Below, piece after piece: positions 48,738 through 62,500 of a stretch of DNA of 64,000 nt (position 1 is the first letter of the stretch; every line of letters begins with the position of its first letter). A program made the translations under genes and the position numbers. The notes beneath the pieces are model-generated. The model saw only the letters and a program-made list of their open reading frames with translations. It did not search any database and was not told where the DNA came from. Source of the stretch: Zootoca vivipara (lineage: Eukaryota); assembly GCF_963506605.1 (NCBI RefSeq), contig NC_083290.1:36146001-36210000 (forward strand). The letters run 5' to 3'.

Positions 48738-49083
48738 CATACCTGCCAAGTCCCTGCCTGAGAAATAAGGGACTGGACTAGAAGTAGCAGACCGGAAGTA
48801 GCGCTGCCGCCATTTTGGAACTGGGCGGAGCATGCTCAGAAGCGACTTTTGCTGCTGCTCTGCCCTTTTCCAAAATGGCCACCGCGCCAGAAGTCGCGCT
48901 GCAGTCATTTTGGAACTGGGCAGAGCAGCAGCAAAAGTCGCTTCTGAGCATGCTCCGCCCAGTTCCAAAATGGCCGCCGCGCGAGAATGAACCGGGAAAA
49001 AACAAAAAAAATCCTTTTTTCCGGCTGGGAACAGGTGGAAAAACGGGGGTTTCCCGGGGAATACGGGAGACTTGGCAGCTATG
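48738..49083. mobile_element. Same hAT-type MITE upstream of the copy C promoter
   Basis: CATACCTGCCAAGT...ACTTGGCAGCTATG; TSD CCAGGGAA/CTAGGGAA. Confidence 0.88.
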
Positions 49084-50165
49084 CTAGGGAATGGCAAATG
49101 GAGGTTATTTATTAATTTTTTTGCCTCCATTCATGCAGGCCATTTCAGTGACAGAAACCTCAAGGTCAGAAGGCCTCCTTTGCAGCCTCCACGCCATCCA
49201 TTCTAGAGGTGGAAAGGAGCCAAGACCCTTAGACCCCCACCAAGAGGCCGAGGGAAATGGAGCTTTGCAAGCAGAGGCTTCTGCTTCAGGAAAAGTCTGG
49301 CTGCTTCTCTGGGAGCCATTGGCAGCAGCTCTGCCCACTCCAGAAGAGCCTGCTGGCTGATGAGCTCTATTGGCTAGCCTGGAGCGTCAATCAGCCAGCT
49401 AAGGAGGGAGGGCTCAACTTGTGAGCTGTCTAGCCAGGTAGGGTGCACAAGACAAGCAGGTTAGGGTGAGGGAAAAACTTTTACATTTTTTTTTATTATG
49501 ACTTCAAGAACGTGACCAAAGGCGTCCCAAAGGGAACAGGGGACTCTGTGCACCCGAAAGGGAACCAATCCGTCTTTGGAAGGCCAGGTGGCCACCCCAG
49601 CTGGGGCTTTGCTCCTGGATGATGCCCTTCTGACTCCCAGGACTGTCCTGATGGTCAGGGAGCCTCTCTCAGCCGGCTCCGCCAGCCAGGCCTTGGGCAG
49701 CCCCTGATTCCCAAGGAGGACCTCTGGGCTCCCTGGCCCTTCTGGTTCTCCATCCTCGGCCACCTGGGCCTTGGGACCTCAGCTGGAGACACCCAGGACT
49801 TGGCAGAGCCTCCCTCCGTCTCTGCACAGCTTCTTCCTGTGGCGCTGACTCTCCAAGTGTCCCTCTTTCTGTCCAGGATTTACAGAAGCCATCCTGGTTC
49901 CTGATTTGACTCCAGAATGTCCCACTTTTCCTTAGGACGTCCCTATTTTCATCAGAGAAATGTTGGAGGGTATGGAATTATGGGACCCCTGAGCCAAGGA
50001 GTGAAGTAAGTATACAGCCTTTACAAGACATGGGAAGGCAGCCCTGTATAGGGAAGTTGTTTAGTGTTTAATGTTTTATTATGTTTTTATATATGTTGAA
50101 AGCAGTCCAGAGTGGCCTGGGGCAACCCAGTCAGATGGGCGGAGTATAAATAGTATAATAATAAT

Positions 50166-50201
<36 letters not shown>

Positions 50202-51118
50202 AACAACAACAGGATGTCCGTATTTCCAAAAGCAAAATGTTGGAGGGTATGCAATCAGCCGAGATGGAAACACACAAGGGAGAGTAGTGTTTGTGTGGGA
50301 GGAGGAGGAGGAGGAGGAGGAGGAAGAGGCATGAAGGCATATTTGGGCCCTTTCTTGGAGTACTGGCCCAACTTGTTGGTATGCAAATGTGGAGCCCTAT
50401 GTTATAGGAAAAACCTGCTCCTTTTCCTCTATGGGGTATCCAAGAGCCCGTATAGAGTCCTTAAGTGGGTTCTCTATTGTTAGGAGAAAATAACCGAGGC
50501 AAACCAGAGTATATTGAGAAGCAAAGCAGCTAGTAAGCCTGATCTTTATTCAACAGTTGCAACAGGGTCCTCACTCCCCACATGCAGGGAGGAGGAACCC
50601 AGAACAATGGTGTGCAAGCCCTTCTAGAGACTTTTGAAATTGTCCACCTTGTAGCTCAGTAAGAACCCTTTTAAAAAGAAGAGACATGAGAATCTGATTA
50701 AATTTAATGTAAAAGTAGTTTATTCACAGATTAATTCAGGTTCACTGATAGATCCCTGAAGGCAGGCTTAGGTTACATAACTATATACAGTATATATATA
50801 TAGAATCATAGAGTTGGAAGAGACCACAAGGGCCATCCAGTCCAACCCCCTGCCGAGCAGGAAACACCATCAAAGCATTCTTGACATATGCCTGTCAAGC
50901 CTCTGCTTAAAGACCTCCAAAGAAGGAGACTCCACCACACTTCTTGGCAGCAAATTCTACTGTCAAACAGCTCTTACTGTCAGGAAGTTCTTCCTAATGT
51001 TTAGGCGGAATCTTCTTTCTTGTAGTTTGAACTGTTATGACATGACAGTTGACATGAACTGTCCCATAAGGGAATTAGTCCCAAGTGACTCCGACTGAGC
51101 AGTCACTTCTCCTAACAC

Positions 51119-51568
51119 CATAGCTGCCAAGTTCGGATCGTAAAGATCCGGGATCGGCAGCGCGCGCATGACCGGAAGTTGCGTGACGCAACTTCCGGTG
51201 GCGCTTTGCCCTTCTATGGGCACCAGAAAATGGCGGCGCCAGCGCCGGAAGTCGCTTCCGCGCATGACCTGAAACACGTAAAAGTGACTTCCGACGCCGG
51301 CGCCGCCATTTTCTGATGCCCATAGAAGGGCAAACCGCAACCGGAAGTCGTGTCACGCAACTTCCGGTCATGCGCGGATGCGACTTCCGGCGCCGCCGCC
51401 GCCATTTTCTGGTGCCCATAGAAGGGCAAAGCGGCACCAGAAAAATGGCCGCCGGGAAGAAGCAAATTAAAGGGACAATGCCGGTATTTTCTGCCAAACG
51501 GGAGACCGCCGGGAAAGGGTAAGAAAAAAGGGGTTTTCCTGGCGGATACGGGATACTTGGCAGCTATG
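51119..51568. mobile_element. Same hAT-type MITE in the third period
   Basis: Same TIRs and TSD CCTAACAC. Confidence 0.92.
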
Positions 51569-53164
51569 CCTAACACACAGGAATGCAAAATGGAGAAGAA
51601 GAAAAACAGAACAACATGGGGGAACGCTTGTTCCTCTGCCCAGAATAGGCCACACCCACATCAAGTCACATGCAGTGGAAGTCTGTCCCAGCTCAGGAGG
51701 AAACAGGAGGTTTTCTCTTGAGTGGTACAAAACATCCCCTAACATGTCCACTGTAGGAATGTTGTACATGACTGCTATAAGTTTCACATCCCACAAAGAC
51801 CACCCCCAAAACATCATACATACTGTACCTCACAGAAGGAATCCAGTTTGCCAGGATATCTGTCACTGATTGCTTTACATTTATATTCTTTTGTGATGGT
51901 AAATTCCTTAATACCTGATTGCTTTACATGGGTAGCCTTTTTTAAATATATATTTCAAGGCTTTTATATGTTATTTTCTCTCTTATGGTTTTATCTGCAA
52001 AATGCCTAATAAAGGTTTGATAAGTAGTAAAATAAACTTATTTATTTTTTGCAAGTATTTACAAAAAGTTGCCATAAACAAACCAAAAATATAATAGTAA
52101 ATAATAATAAAAAATTATCACAACCTAACAAAAAATACAATAAATAATAAATCTTTGCTTAATCAAAAAGCAATTTACATGATCTCACCAACCACCCCCT
52201 CCACCCACCTTTTTTTGTTTCCCAGCCAGTCTTATAATGCGCCTTTTTACTCTTCCTTTACTCACATGTATACCTATATCCTCACTGTCCCTTTTAATAT
52301 TCATTGGTTTGGGCCTTCATAGATCTGTTCTCGACAAAGCTTGCTATATAATCTTTCAATTTCCCCCCCATCTTTATCCTTTTCTCATTTATTCCTTTAA
52401 TCTCTGCTGTTTTTGTTGCCAAATTATAATATGATATCATTTTTACTTGCCCATCCTCTTTGCTTGGTAGCAGCTTCTGTGAGTGAAGTGAAGGGCTGTT
52501 TCTCAGAAGAGGAAACCCTGGGAGAGACTAGGGTTCAAATACCTCCTTACTCAGCTATGAAGCCAACTGGGTGAGCTGGGACCAGGTTGTAGGGATTAAA
52601 TGAGAAGGCGAGAACTATGTATGTCATCTTGAGCTTCTTGGAGAAAAAGATGGGATATAAATTCAGACAGTCTTGTTTTTGCTGACTGTATAGAGCTTCT
52701 CCATCTTTGGCTGCAGAGAATATAATCAATCTGATTTCGATGCTGCCCATCTGGTGATGTCCATGTGTAGAGTCATCTCTCGTGTTGTTGGAAAGAGTGT
52801 TTGTGATGAACCGCTTGTTCTCTTGACAGAACTCTATTAGCCTTTGCCCTGCTTCGTTTTGAACTCCAAGGCCAAACTTGCCAGTTGTTCCGTTTATCTC
52901 TTGACTCCCTGCTTTAGCATTCCAATCCCCTATAATGAGAAGAGCATCCTTCTTTGGTGTCATTTCTAGAAGGTGTTGTAAGTCTTCATAGAATTGGTCA
53001 ATTTCAGTTTCTTCAACACTGGTAGTTGGTGCATAAACTTGGATTACTGCGATGTATCGAGATCATTCTATCATTTTTGAGATTGCATCCCGGTACAGCT
53101 TTTACCTCCCTTTTGTTGACTATGAGAAGGCCACTCCATTTCTTCTATGGGAGTCTTGCCCACA

Positions 53165-54880
53165 GAATCAGGGGATGGCTTGAACTGTTACAGTCACCCC
53201 TATCAGAATTGACTTGGAATCTGGAGTGTTGGTAGGCTGCAGGAGCCCTGCATTCTGAAGCTCTAAGTTAAGAACAGAACCGGAACCTTTTATATTGACA
53301 GTTATAGCCTGTCGATGGCTTAAAGAAGGATCCTCATCCTTTAATTCTCCCAAATGAGAGGTGTTAAAACCAAGTAAAAAGAGAGAAGCTATAAAGTCTT
53401 GAGGGAGAAGGCTCTGGTTTACCAAAAGCAAGTGGCATTTTAGGGCATATTGTGCAGCAAGGAACTTGTTTGCCACCTTTGACATGCCCAACCTGAGTTC
53501 TCAAAGGTCCTGAGAACATTCTTAGGACTTTGCTGGATTTGGCAAGAATTGGATACCAGAAATGAGGGGAGAAGCAACACATCACAACACATTAACCAAA
53601 AAGGGTTCCTGGATTGAATATGGACTATAGAAATGAGAAAAGGCTTTGAAGAGTCTTTGAAGACATCCCTAGCTGAACCACCAGCGCTGGCATTGCCCAG
53701 TCCCTTTAAATCCTGTAGACCGTATGTGAATGAAGTGAAGGCTGTGGGATCGGGAGTGTTGATACAGAGAGGAGAACCCCATTGGAGGACAGTGGAGAAT
53801 CTTGATTCTGTGGCCCAATGATGGCCAATATGCAGCAGCAGCATTTGTCCTCCCTGTGCAGGAGGCTCAGAAGGTGACTATCGGAGCTGATGTTGGAGAT
53901 TATATTTTGCATGGAGTGCCTCAGATTCTCAGCACCAAAGGAAAGCTTCTTCATCCTACTTTCCAGTTCAAGTATGAGGTTTCCCTCCTGACTAACCCAA
54001 ATCTGACTTTGAAAGCGTTAACTCCTTGAACCCAGCTACCTTGTGTCAGTTCCTGTTTCGGATCCAGGAGAACCCCACGATCATCTGTTTGCTATGAATC
54101 AGAAAGTTGTTATCAGGATGTTCCTTTTAGAGATGCAGATGAAGACATGTTTGTGGATGAACCCAGCTTCATGGCCGAAGGAAGGAGATATTCAAGATAT
54201 GCTGTGGTTACGGCAAAGGGAATCATTACACAAGAAGGACTGCTCTCTCATTTTTCAGCACAAGAGGTTGAACTGATGGAATTGACTAGGACTCTCCATA
54301 TCTATAAAGATTCTACTTATGCTTTTGGAACAGTGCAAGCCCAGGGCCTTTTGTGAAAGGAGAGAAGTTTCATTACTGCAGATGGACATCAAGTAGTAGT
54401 AGTAGTAGTAGTAGTAATAATAATAATAATTTATTATTTATACCCCGCCCATCTGGCCGGGTCTCCCCAGCCACTCTGGGCGGCTTACAACAGAAAAATA
54501 AAACACAATAATCTATTAAACATTAAAAGCCTCCCTGAACAGATCTCAACTACTTGCTCTCCTAGATGCCCTCTTGTTCCCTGTGATGCGTGTCGGATCC
54601 ATGGAAGAGCAACAGACCCAAGCTAGGAGAAGAAATACGATGGATGAGAAACCTCTAAGGAAGTGGCAAGAATGCTATCTTATGGGTAACGTGCAACATT
54701 TTCACCAAGGACTAACCCCAACCACAGCATACTGAAGAAAGCATGATTTGAATTCAATAATAAAGAACCTTGAAGCCAAATCTGGGTGATGGACTTTTGA
54801 TGGTAAATCTTGAAGGAATTTCATCAACAAGGAAGGACACATGAATGCAGTGAGAGAATTGGGAGAATTAGTTTCTAGAA
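53165..54880 (+). mobile_element. Decayed ERV pol remnant (third period)
   Basis: Paralogue of 12245-13960 (ORFs 53633-53821, 54147-54356). Confidence 0.8.
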
Positions 54881-57161
54881 TAGGCACGTTACTTTTGAAC
54901 ACTGAAGCCACAACACATGAGAAGATGTGAGTCCAGGAGTGAAATATATATATATATTGAGTAAGATGCCATTTTCTATTGTATTCCTCAAGATCTTATA
55001 AGTTATGTTAGTTTGTTGCTTTGCTAAACAGCTTTCATTAGGCATGTGTTGAATGCAGTTGTTTTTGTTATGTAGGAGGGTGAAGATACTCTTTTAGAAA
55101 GGAAGCTCTTAAAAGTCTTGAGGGAGTTCTGCCTCTAAGAAGTCTGACGCCCTTTCCTTCAGGGACCAGGAGTGAATCTGGAACATGTATCCCAGGGAAG
55201 AACAGCATCGATTTAGGCAACAGTTTGTAGGCTCCATTGTTCTTCCCCCACCGCAGCCGCAGTCTTCCTTTCCCAACGGGATTTCCCCCCCCCCTTCTTC
55301 ACAGGAGCCTCCTCCCAGCACACCCTCCAAATCTGCCTTCCCATAGGCAGCCTTGGATTCAGCCCTTGGATTCCAGCAGGGGCTGTGAAGTGCTGAAGGG
55401 ACAGCAAGACCAGATTTTCTATGAGTTCTATGAGTTTTTCATGAGTTCTCATAGCCTGGATCTTGTCTCTGCCACTGGAGGTTGCAGGTGAGATGTATTT
55501 GGAGAGAACTGATAAGGAAGTGGGGCAGGATGGTGAAAAGGGACGGTTGTGAACATCCCCACCTCTGAGCGGCAGACAACTCCAGGGGTTCCTGCGCTTA
55601 GCCTGGGTTCAGTTTCCTTGGAATGAAGACTGGGCTGTCTTTGGGATATTAGGCTTTGCTTGCCCATAGATGCTAGGATGGGTCCAGCTCAGAGCAAGAC
55701 AATCTCCTGCCTCTCCAGATTCCAGCATCCTCCCATCTCACCAGATACAATCCCTGCCACCAGCCTCTATGTCTCCATCTTACGAGCTGACTTTTCACAA
55801 ACCAAAAAACTCACTTCTCTTTTTAACAAAAATATTATTTATTCATTTTTTACAAAGTGAATTTTTTACACATTTTAACATAAACCATAAGATCCATATT
55901 TATCATTTAAAAATATTTTTAATAAAAGAATTAGAATTACAAAGACATAAAGTGATACAAAGGGGGAAGTGAGGAGGAAAAGGACAAAGATGCTTATAAA
56001 AAAGAAGGAACAAAAATAATAGGCTCCCTATTTTGCCTATACTATTCTATACATCCATTCTAACCTATCTATCTTCCTAAAAAAAGTCCTGCTTGCTGTT
56101 TTACGTCCTGAAAGAGTCAATAAAAAGTGTCCAATCCACAAATTCACTTCCAGGTGGAGGGTCGATGTTGCTCATGTCGTCTTCAGGGCGGCTCCTTTCC
56201 CAGCTGATGACATTCTTGCGGGGGTCTTCTTTTCTCCGGACGTCTCCTCCCAGGCTCCAGCAGATAGACCGCCATTTCCCATCGTGGATTTGTTGCATGC
56301 AGGAAAAAGAGAAGAGAGATTCTGTTAGAAAGGGTACTAAATCTCATGAATATCAGACCCTCTTGTTGCTGCCCCCCCCCCAACAATAATGAATAAACAA
56401 AGAATTGGAAGTAAGTTGCTGCTGGGGGGTTGCCTGCCCCGCCCCCCACTCGAGAGGATGAAAGAGTCCTGCAAGGAACCGGACCCTGGGCTTACAACAG
56501 CGACTGGGGGAGCTCCATAGAGCCTGCCTGTCCTGGGGGCGGGACCCCCAACAAAGGGCAAACAATAAAGGAAAAGTTGTCCCTTTGGGGGCAACACTTA
56601 GGGGGCGAGACCAGATTGTGGGCCAGCCCCCTTGTGATTACATTACTGTTTTAACAAGGATGGGGCTTTAAATTGGGTGGGTGCTGTTTGATTTGCAGGG
56701 TGGGGTTGTTTTAAATGGTTGTTAAATGTGATATGTTGATTTAGATTTTGGATTTGTGGGCTGGGGTGTTGTTTTGGGGCTTTTGTATTAGTCTTGTGGC
56801 TATTTTTATTACGTCTTTATTATTTTAATTTATGTTATGTTCTGATATTTTTATTATGATTTTTGCACACCTATTATTCTTATTATGGATTTTGTGCTTT
56901 GTATGCTGGAACTTGGTGTTGTGAACCATACTGAGATTCAAAATCAATCAGTGAAATAAACCCTCAACAATCAAAAACGACATCAACAAGAAACACAACA
57001 ACAACAAAAAGATTTCCTACCGCTATGTATTGGGGGGGGGGGTCGTGAGGGCAGCACCACTCCTCTTGGTCAATCCTGGTGGCGTTGATGTTCCTGGCGC
57101 TGGTCCAGACTGGATACCGTGGAGAGCAGAAGATGGTATCTCTGCAGCACAACTCTGATGT

Positions 57162-59241
57162 TCATGTTCCCTTGGCCTGGCGCGACTGCGGATGTTCTGT
57201 CAGGAGGAGAAAGGGGTCTTTTTTTTTAGAAACATCACCTCCAAATAGCCCACCAGACATCCAAATAGACCACCAGATGCCTCACTCACCTGGCATGCAG
57301 CTCAGGAAGTCCCGTGGGTAAGGTTCCCTGTGAACACAATGGAGCAGCCTCCTCACAAGGCGCTGGACCCTGCCTTTCTGCCGATGTTTACAGGCCCGCT
57401 GCATGATGTTCAGGCAGCTCCTCCCTGTCCGCCTGAGCCCTTCTTCCTCGTGCTGCTGCATCTCTTCCAGCCCTGAGTGGCAAGAGAGAAAGGTTGAGCA
57501 AGGAATCAGCTTTTCACAAGGCAAAAACTTCCAAAGCACCCCCACCAGAACCTGCCTTCACCTAAAGCCCTTTCTCAGCAGAAGCATCCCTCCCTGCTCT
57601 CTGTACGTCTCACTTACATGTGCCGTAGGATGCCATGTCTTGACTGTGTATGAAACTGGCATCCCGGAAAGCCAGATGACCTAGCGAGACAGGGCAAGAA
57701 AAGGGACGTCATCGGCAGCTCGGCAGGAGGACAGGTATGCTAGAGCCTCCACCCTTGCGGAGCACTCAGAGCAAGATCTGGGCGCAGATGGAGCCCTACC
57801 TAGCAGGTGGCCTGGGGACATGCCCATCCTCACTGGCATCATTAGCAAGACGTTTCTGTCCATCCCTACCAGGGAAGGACGTTGTTTGACTTACCCAGAA
57901 GCAGAGCTGCCACCCTGGAGACTGCTGGCAGCCTGTTGGCAGACGGCTTCATACATGTCAAGGCAGCACTCCGAAGGATGTTCTTGCTGAAAGTCTTGCT
58001 CTGTCGGCAAAGACAAAGGCGAAGGGGCATCAGAGAGGCTTGAGAGCGCGGCAGAAGAATCCGTAACCCCCAAAGACATCCCTGGGCAAATCTGCCAATG
58101 AAGCAGAGTGACCTTACCAGATGCTTGGCAGCCTGGTGGAGAGCAAAGTGGAGGCTAAATTTGTTGGGATGTGCCCACCACTTCACTTGTGGGGCTAGAT
58201 GGGAAAGAGCCCTCCTTGCGGCCTGCAATACAAGAAGAGAAGATCCTTACAAATTGCAGTACATAGTCTTGGAAGCTCTTGAGAACAATCCCTCCCTCCT
58301 ACTGCATAAGTCCACCTGCTTGGCCCTCACCTTGGCCACCTCGTCCTCGTCTTCGAGGTGAAGGAGGACGACGACCAGTTCATTAATGGCTTCTTCTTCT
58401 TCTGTTGTTGTTGTTATGGGAAGCCTTTGGTCTCTCGCCCAGCCCCGAAGCAGCCCCAGATGTTGGATGGCTGATGCCCGGACGGAGGCTTCCTCCTGTA
58501 GGCAGAAAAGATCAGAGGTTGTGTTTCTCATCAGATCACTTTCCTTTCTCCTGTCCACCAAGGTGTTTTGAGGCTGCTCAGCCCCCTATCCTCCTCCGGG
58601 GGCAGACTGGGGGCAGGGGGGACTCTCCCCCTGTGTTTTCCAGGCAGGCTTCCAAGAGAAGGTGCTCCAGTGGAACACCTTCCTGAAGCCAGAACATCTC
58701 TGCTGCATGCCAGTCTAAACACCACCCTTCCTCTTCCAAAGCATTCCTCCTCCACCCTGTGTGATGTCATGTGTTCCCTAATACTCACATGGGCAGCCAG
58801 ACCGCAGTAGGTTGCCGCCAGCATCTTCAGCTCTTCCTCTCCCAGCTCCCTGGAGAGGTAAGCTTGGTGTACCAGCTCTATCAACTCGGGGAAGACATCA
58901 GCTTCTGCATCAGGGAGGAAATCCAGCAGCGACAGCCGCAGAAGCGAAGGGTCCTACACAAAAGAGAGAATCTTTTCAAAGGTCTGAAAGGCCCCACGCT
59001 GTTTCTTTGAGAACAGGCCCTTCAGCATTCTGTCAGCAAAAGAGTGCTGGACCATGATTCGAATCGAAATCTGTGCCCCTCCCCCCTCCCTCTGACCATC
59101 ACTTGCCATGTCAGAGTCCAGAAGCAGGGATATCCCTCTGACACTGAGCTTCCGGACTTGCAGGTGGTCATGTTTCAGCCAGGTGAGGAGCTGCTCCAGT
59201 GTATCCTCACAGGGATAGACCTGCAGACGGCAGCTGAGCAG
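57162..59241 (-). CDS. MROH family-like gene, copy D, coding exons 12-19; the 5' part presumably lies right of the window
   Basis: Apparently identical to copy C exons 12-19 at offset +23202 (exon 12 at 59241-59107; last exon 57196-57162). Confidence 0.83.
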
Positions 59242-59578
59242 CTAAAGAGGCCCAAAGAGAAATAAACTCTTCAGTGATGAGAGGTTGAGGCAGGTTCTCC
59301 TTTTATCCACCACCTGGAGTTCTGCACAGAGCAAAGCCACTGAAGTGAATGGACCAAAGTTTGTCATGTACATCAAATCCAATGGGTCTACTCAGAGGAG
59401 CACTAAAACAGGCAACAGTCCTTAGGCTCAAAGTAGCCTTGACATAAGCCACAGAATATGGAAGGTAAACGCAGCTGCAATGTCCAAATTCTGATGGAGG
59501 CTGCTTGGGGAACCAAGGACATGCAAGGAGCCAAAGAACACAAAGCCCAACACTCGGCAGAAACCAACCCAGGGCCTC

Positions 59579-62500
59579 TGTTATGTACTGAGCTGAATCC
59601 TAGAACAATAGGATTCAGAATCAGCGGGAGCTACCCAATCCAACTCCAGGTGGAAGTGAATCTGCAACCTGATTGGCCTGCTGGAGCAGCCAATCAGGCG
59701 GCTGGCAGAAGTGAATCTGCTACCTGATTGGCCTGTAGGAGCAGCCAATCAGGCTGCAGGCAGAAGTCAATCCACAATATAATTGGCCCACAGGTGTAGC
59801 CCTGAAGTAGCCAATCACGCAAGGCCCATTGTGTAAATAATGTATATAAGCAGATGGTTTTGGGAAAAGAGCCACTCGTCTTCTCTTCTCCTCCTTGATG
59901 ACTATGAGCTGAATAAAGAGCATGAAATTCACTCTCGACTCCGAGTATATTTCACTGGCGACGAGGATGGGATCCTGCTGAGCTGACCGCCACCACGCAC
60001 TGCACCGCAGCACCGCCACCTGCTGCACCGCTGCATCGCACCGTGCATCCAGGCTTCAGCTCCAGGACCCAAGGAACCCAGAATGGCAACCGACAGCAGC
60101 TTCTCGCCATTCAAACCAGCATCAGGAGACTGGGAAGGGTACGCCGCCCATTTCAACTTCCTCCTGCAAGCGAAAGAAGTCACCAACGATGCCATGAAGA
60201 GGGCGACATTCTTCAGCGTCTGTGGAGAGGAGACGTTTGAAATCGCCCGGGCTCTCCTTGCACCTAGAGATGTCGCTACCGTCTCTTACAAAACAATAAT
60301 GGAACGGCTGAAGGAGCACTTCTCACCACAGCCCTCGGTGGTAGCTTGCCGAAATGCCTTCTACGCAAAGCGGCAAGCCCCGGGGGAAACCATAACTGGG
60401 TTTGTGACCTCCCTCCGCCAAGCCGCCCGGTTATGCAACTTCTCAGAATTGGAGAACATGCTTCGTGACCGCCTCGTCGGTGGCCTGAGGGACGAGATGT
60501 TGCAACGACGCCTCTACGCCAAAAAAGACCTCACGTTCCAGATTGCCCTGGAGGAAGCCCTGGCAACCGAAGCCGCCGAGAGGTCAACGCAAGAGGCACG
60601 ACCGGCCCCGCCATCCCAACCGAGGGTCTACCACGAAGACCTCACCGACGAATCCGAATCTGACAGGGAGGAAGTACACAGAGTACAGCGGCGCACTCAA
60701 GCAGCACACACACCACAGCAGCCTCGACGAGAAGGAGGGAACTGTGCAAGCTGCGGGGAGAACCACGAGAGGAGGACCTGTCGTTTCCGCAACGCAGAGT
60801 GCAGGCAGTGCAGAAAATTAGGACACATCGCCCGGGTGTGTCGGGCTCGACTCACACGTCGACAAGCATCAGATGACCGACCCAGGAGCCCCAGGTCACA
60901 CGGCACCATGCACCAAGGCAACTCGACGGAGATCACGGACTATCAGGTATTCCAGTTGCCCCATCCCAGCACAGAGAAAATTTATATAGAGGTACAGATA
61001 GAGGGAGCCCCATGCCGCATGGAGCTGGACACGGGTTCAACTCTATCCATAATCTCGGCCCGAACATTAAGGGAACTGTGCCCTAATGGGGGTCCCAAAC
61101 TAAGGCCGGCCCCATTCACCCTCCGGGACTTCCAGAAACGTAAGGTCCCTACTATGGGGGTGGGAACCTTCAGGGTGCAATATCGAGGGCGAAAGCAACA
61201 ATTGGACTTGCTGGTAGTTAAGGGCCCCTACGTTAGCTTACTGGGACTGGCATGGTTTGCACCTCTGGGGCTAGCCGTTACCGGGGTGAACCGCACTAGC
61301 TTACAAGTGGACGTGGACGCCATATGCAAAGAGTTTCCAGGGGTTTTCGATGGGGCATTGGGACGATATACAGGACCCCCCATTGCCCTACAGCTAGACC
61401 CCGCTGTACGACCCATCAGGCACAAGGCCCGCCGGGTCCCGTTCGCCCTGAAACCCCGCATAGACGAGGAATTGGACCGGCTCGTGGAGCAAGGAGTGCT
61501 GGAGCCGGTGCCCAACGCCCCCTGGGAAACTCCAATTGTCACACCCGTCAAGCCTAACGGTTCGGTCCGCATCTGTGCAGACTACAAATGCACCATAAAC
61601 AAGGCTCTCACGGCCCATGCATACCCAGTGCCAGTGGTCAGCCATGTCCTCGCCACCCTGGCTGGGTCAAAAATCTTTGGCAAACTGGACTTGGCCCAAG
61701 CGTATCAACAGTTGCCTGTGGACGAAGCCACAGCAGAGGCCCAGACGATTGTGACGCACAGAGGGGCATTCAGAGTAAAGCGGCTGCAATTTGGCGTTAG
61801 CGTGGCACCAGGCATATTCCAGAATCTAATGGACTCTCTCCTTAAAGGGATTCCTGACGTCACCCCCTTCTTCGATGATGTACTGATCGCCGGGCCCACA
61901 CCAGAGGAATTTGAGGACCGCCTCCGCTCCGTCCTGCACCGTTTCCAGACGGCGGGCCTCAAGGTGAAGCGGGAAAAGTGTTTACTGGGAGTGCCGCAGG
62001 TGGACTTTCTGGGATTTAAGGTGGACGCAGAAGGGGTCCATCCAACCGGTGACAAGGTACGGGCCATTTGTGAGGCCCCAGCGCCCAAGAGCAAGCCCGA
62101 ACTTCAGTCATTCTTGGGACTATTGAACTTTTACCATGCCTTCCTTCCCCATAAGGCAGCGGTAGCGGAGCCCCTACACAGACTCCTAGATAAAAGGGCC
62201 CCTTGGGTGTGGGGCCAGCGACAAAGGGCCGCATTCCAGGCAGTCAAGGACTTGCTCGTCTCGAACTCGGTCTTAGCACACTTCGACGAGAGGCTGCCAG
62301 TGGTGCTGGCATGCGACGCCTCTCCCTATGGCATCGGCGCTGTCCTGGGACACCAACTCCCGGATGGAAGAGAGGTGCCGGTGGCATACTTCTCCCAGAC
62401 GCTTGCTGCAGCCGAACGAAACTACTCACAGATTGACAAGGAGGGTCTGGCAATCGTGAAGGGCGTAAAAAAATTCCATGATTTCTTGTACGGGCGGCCC

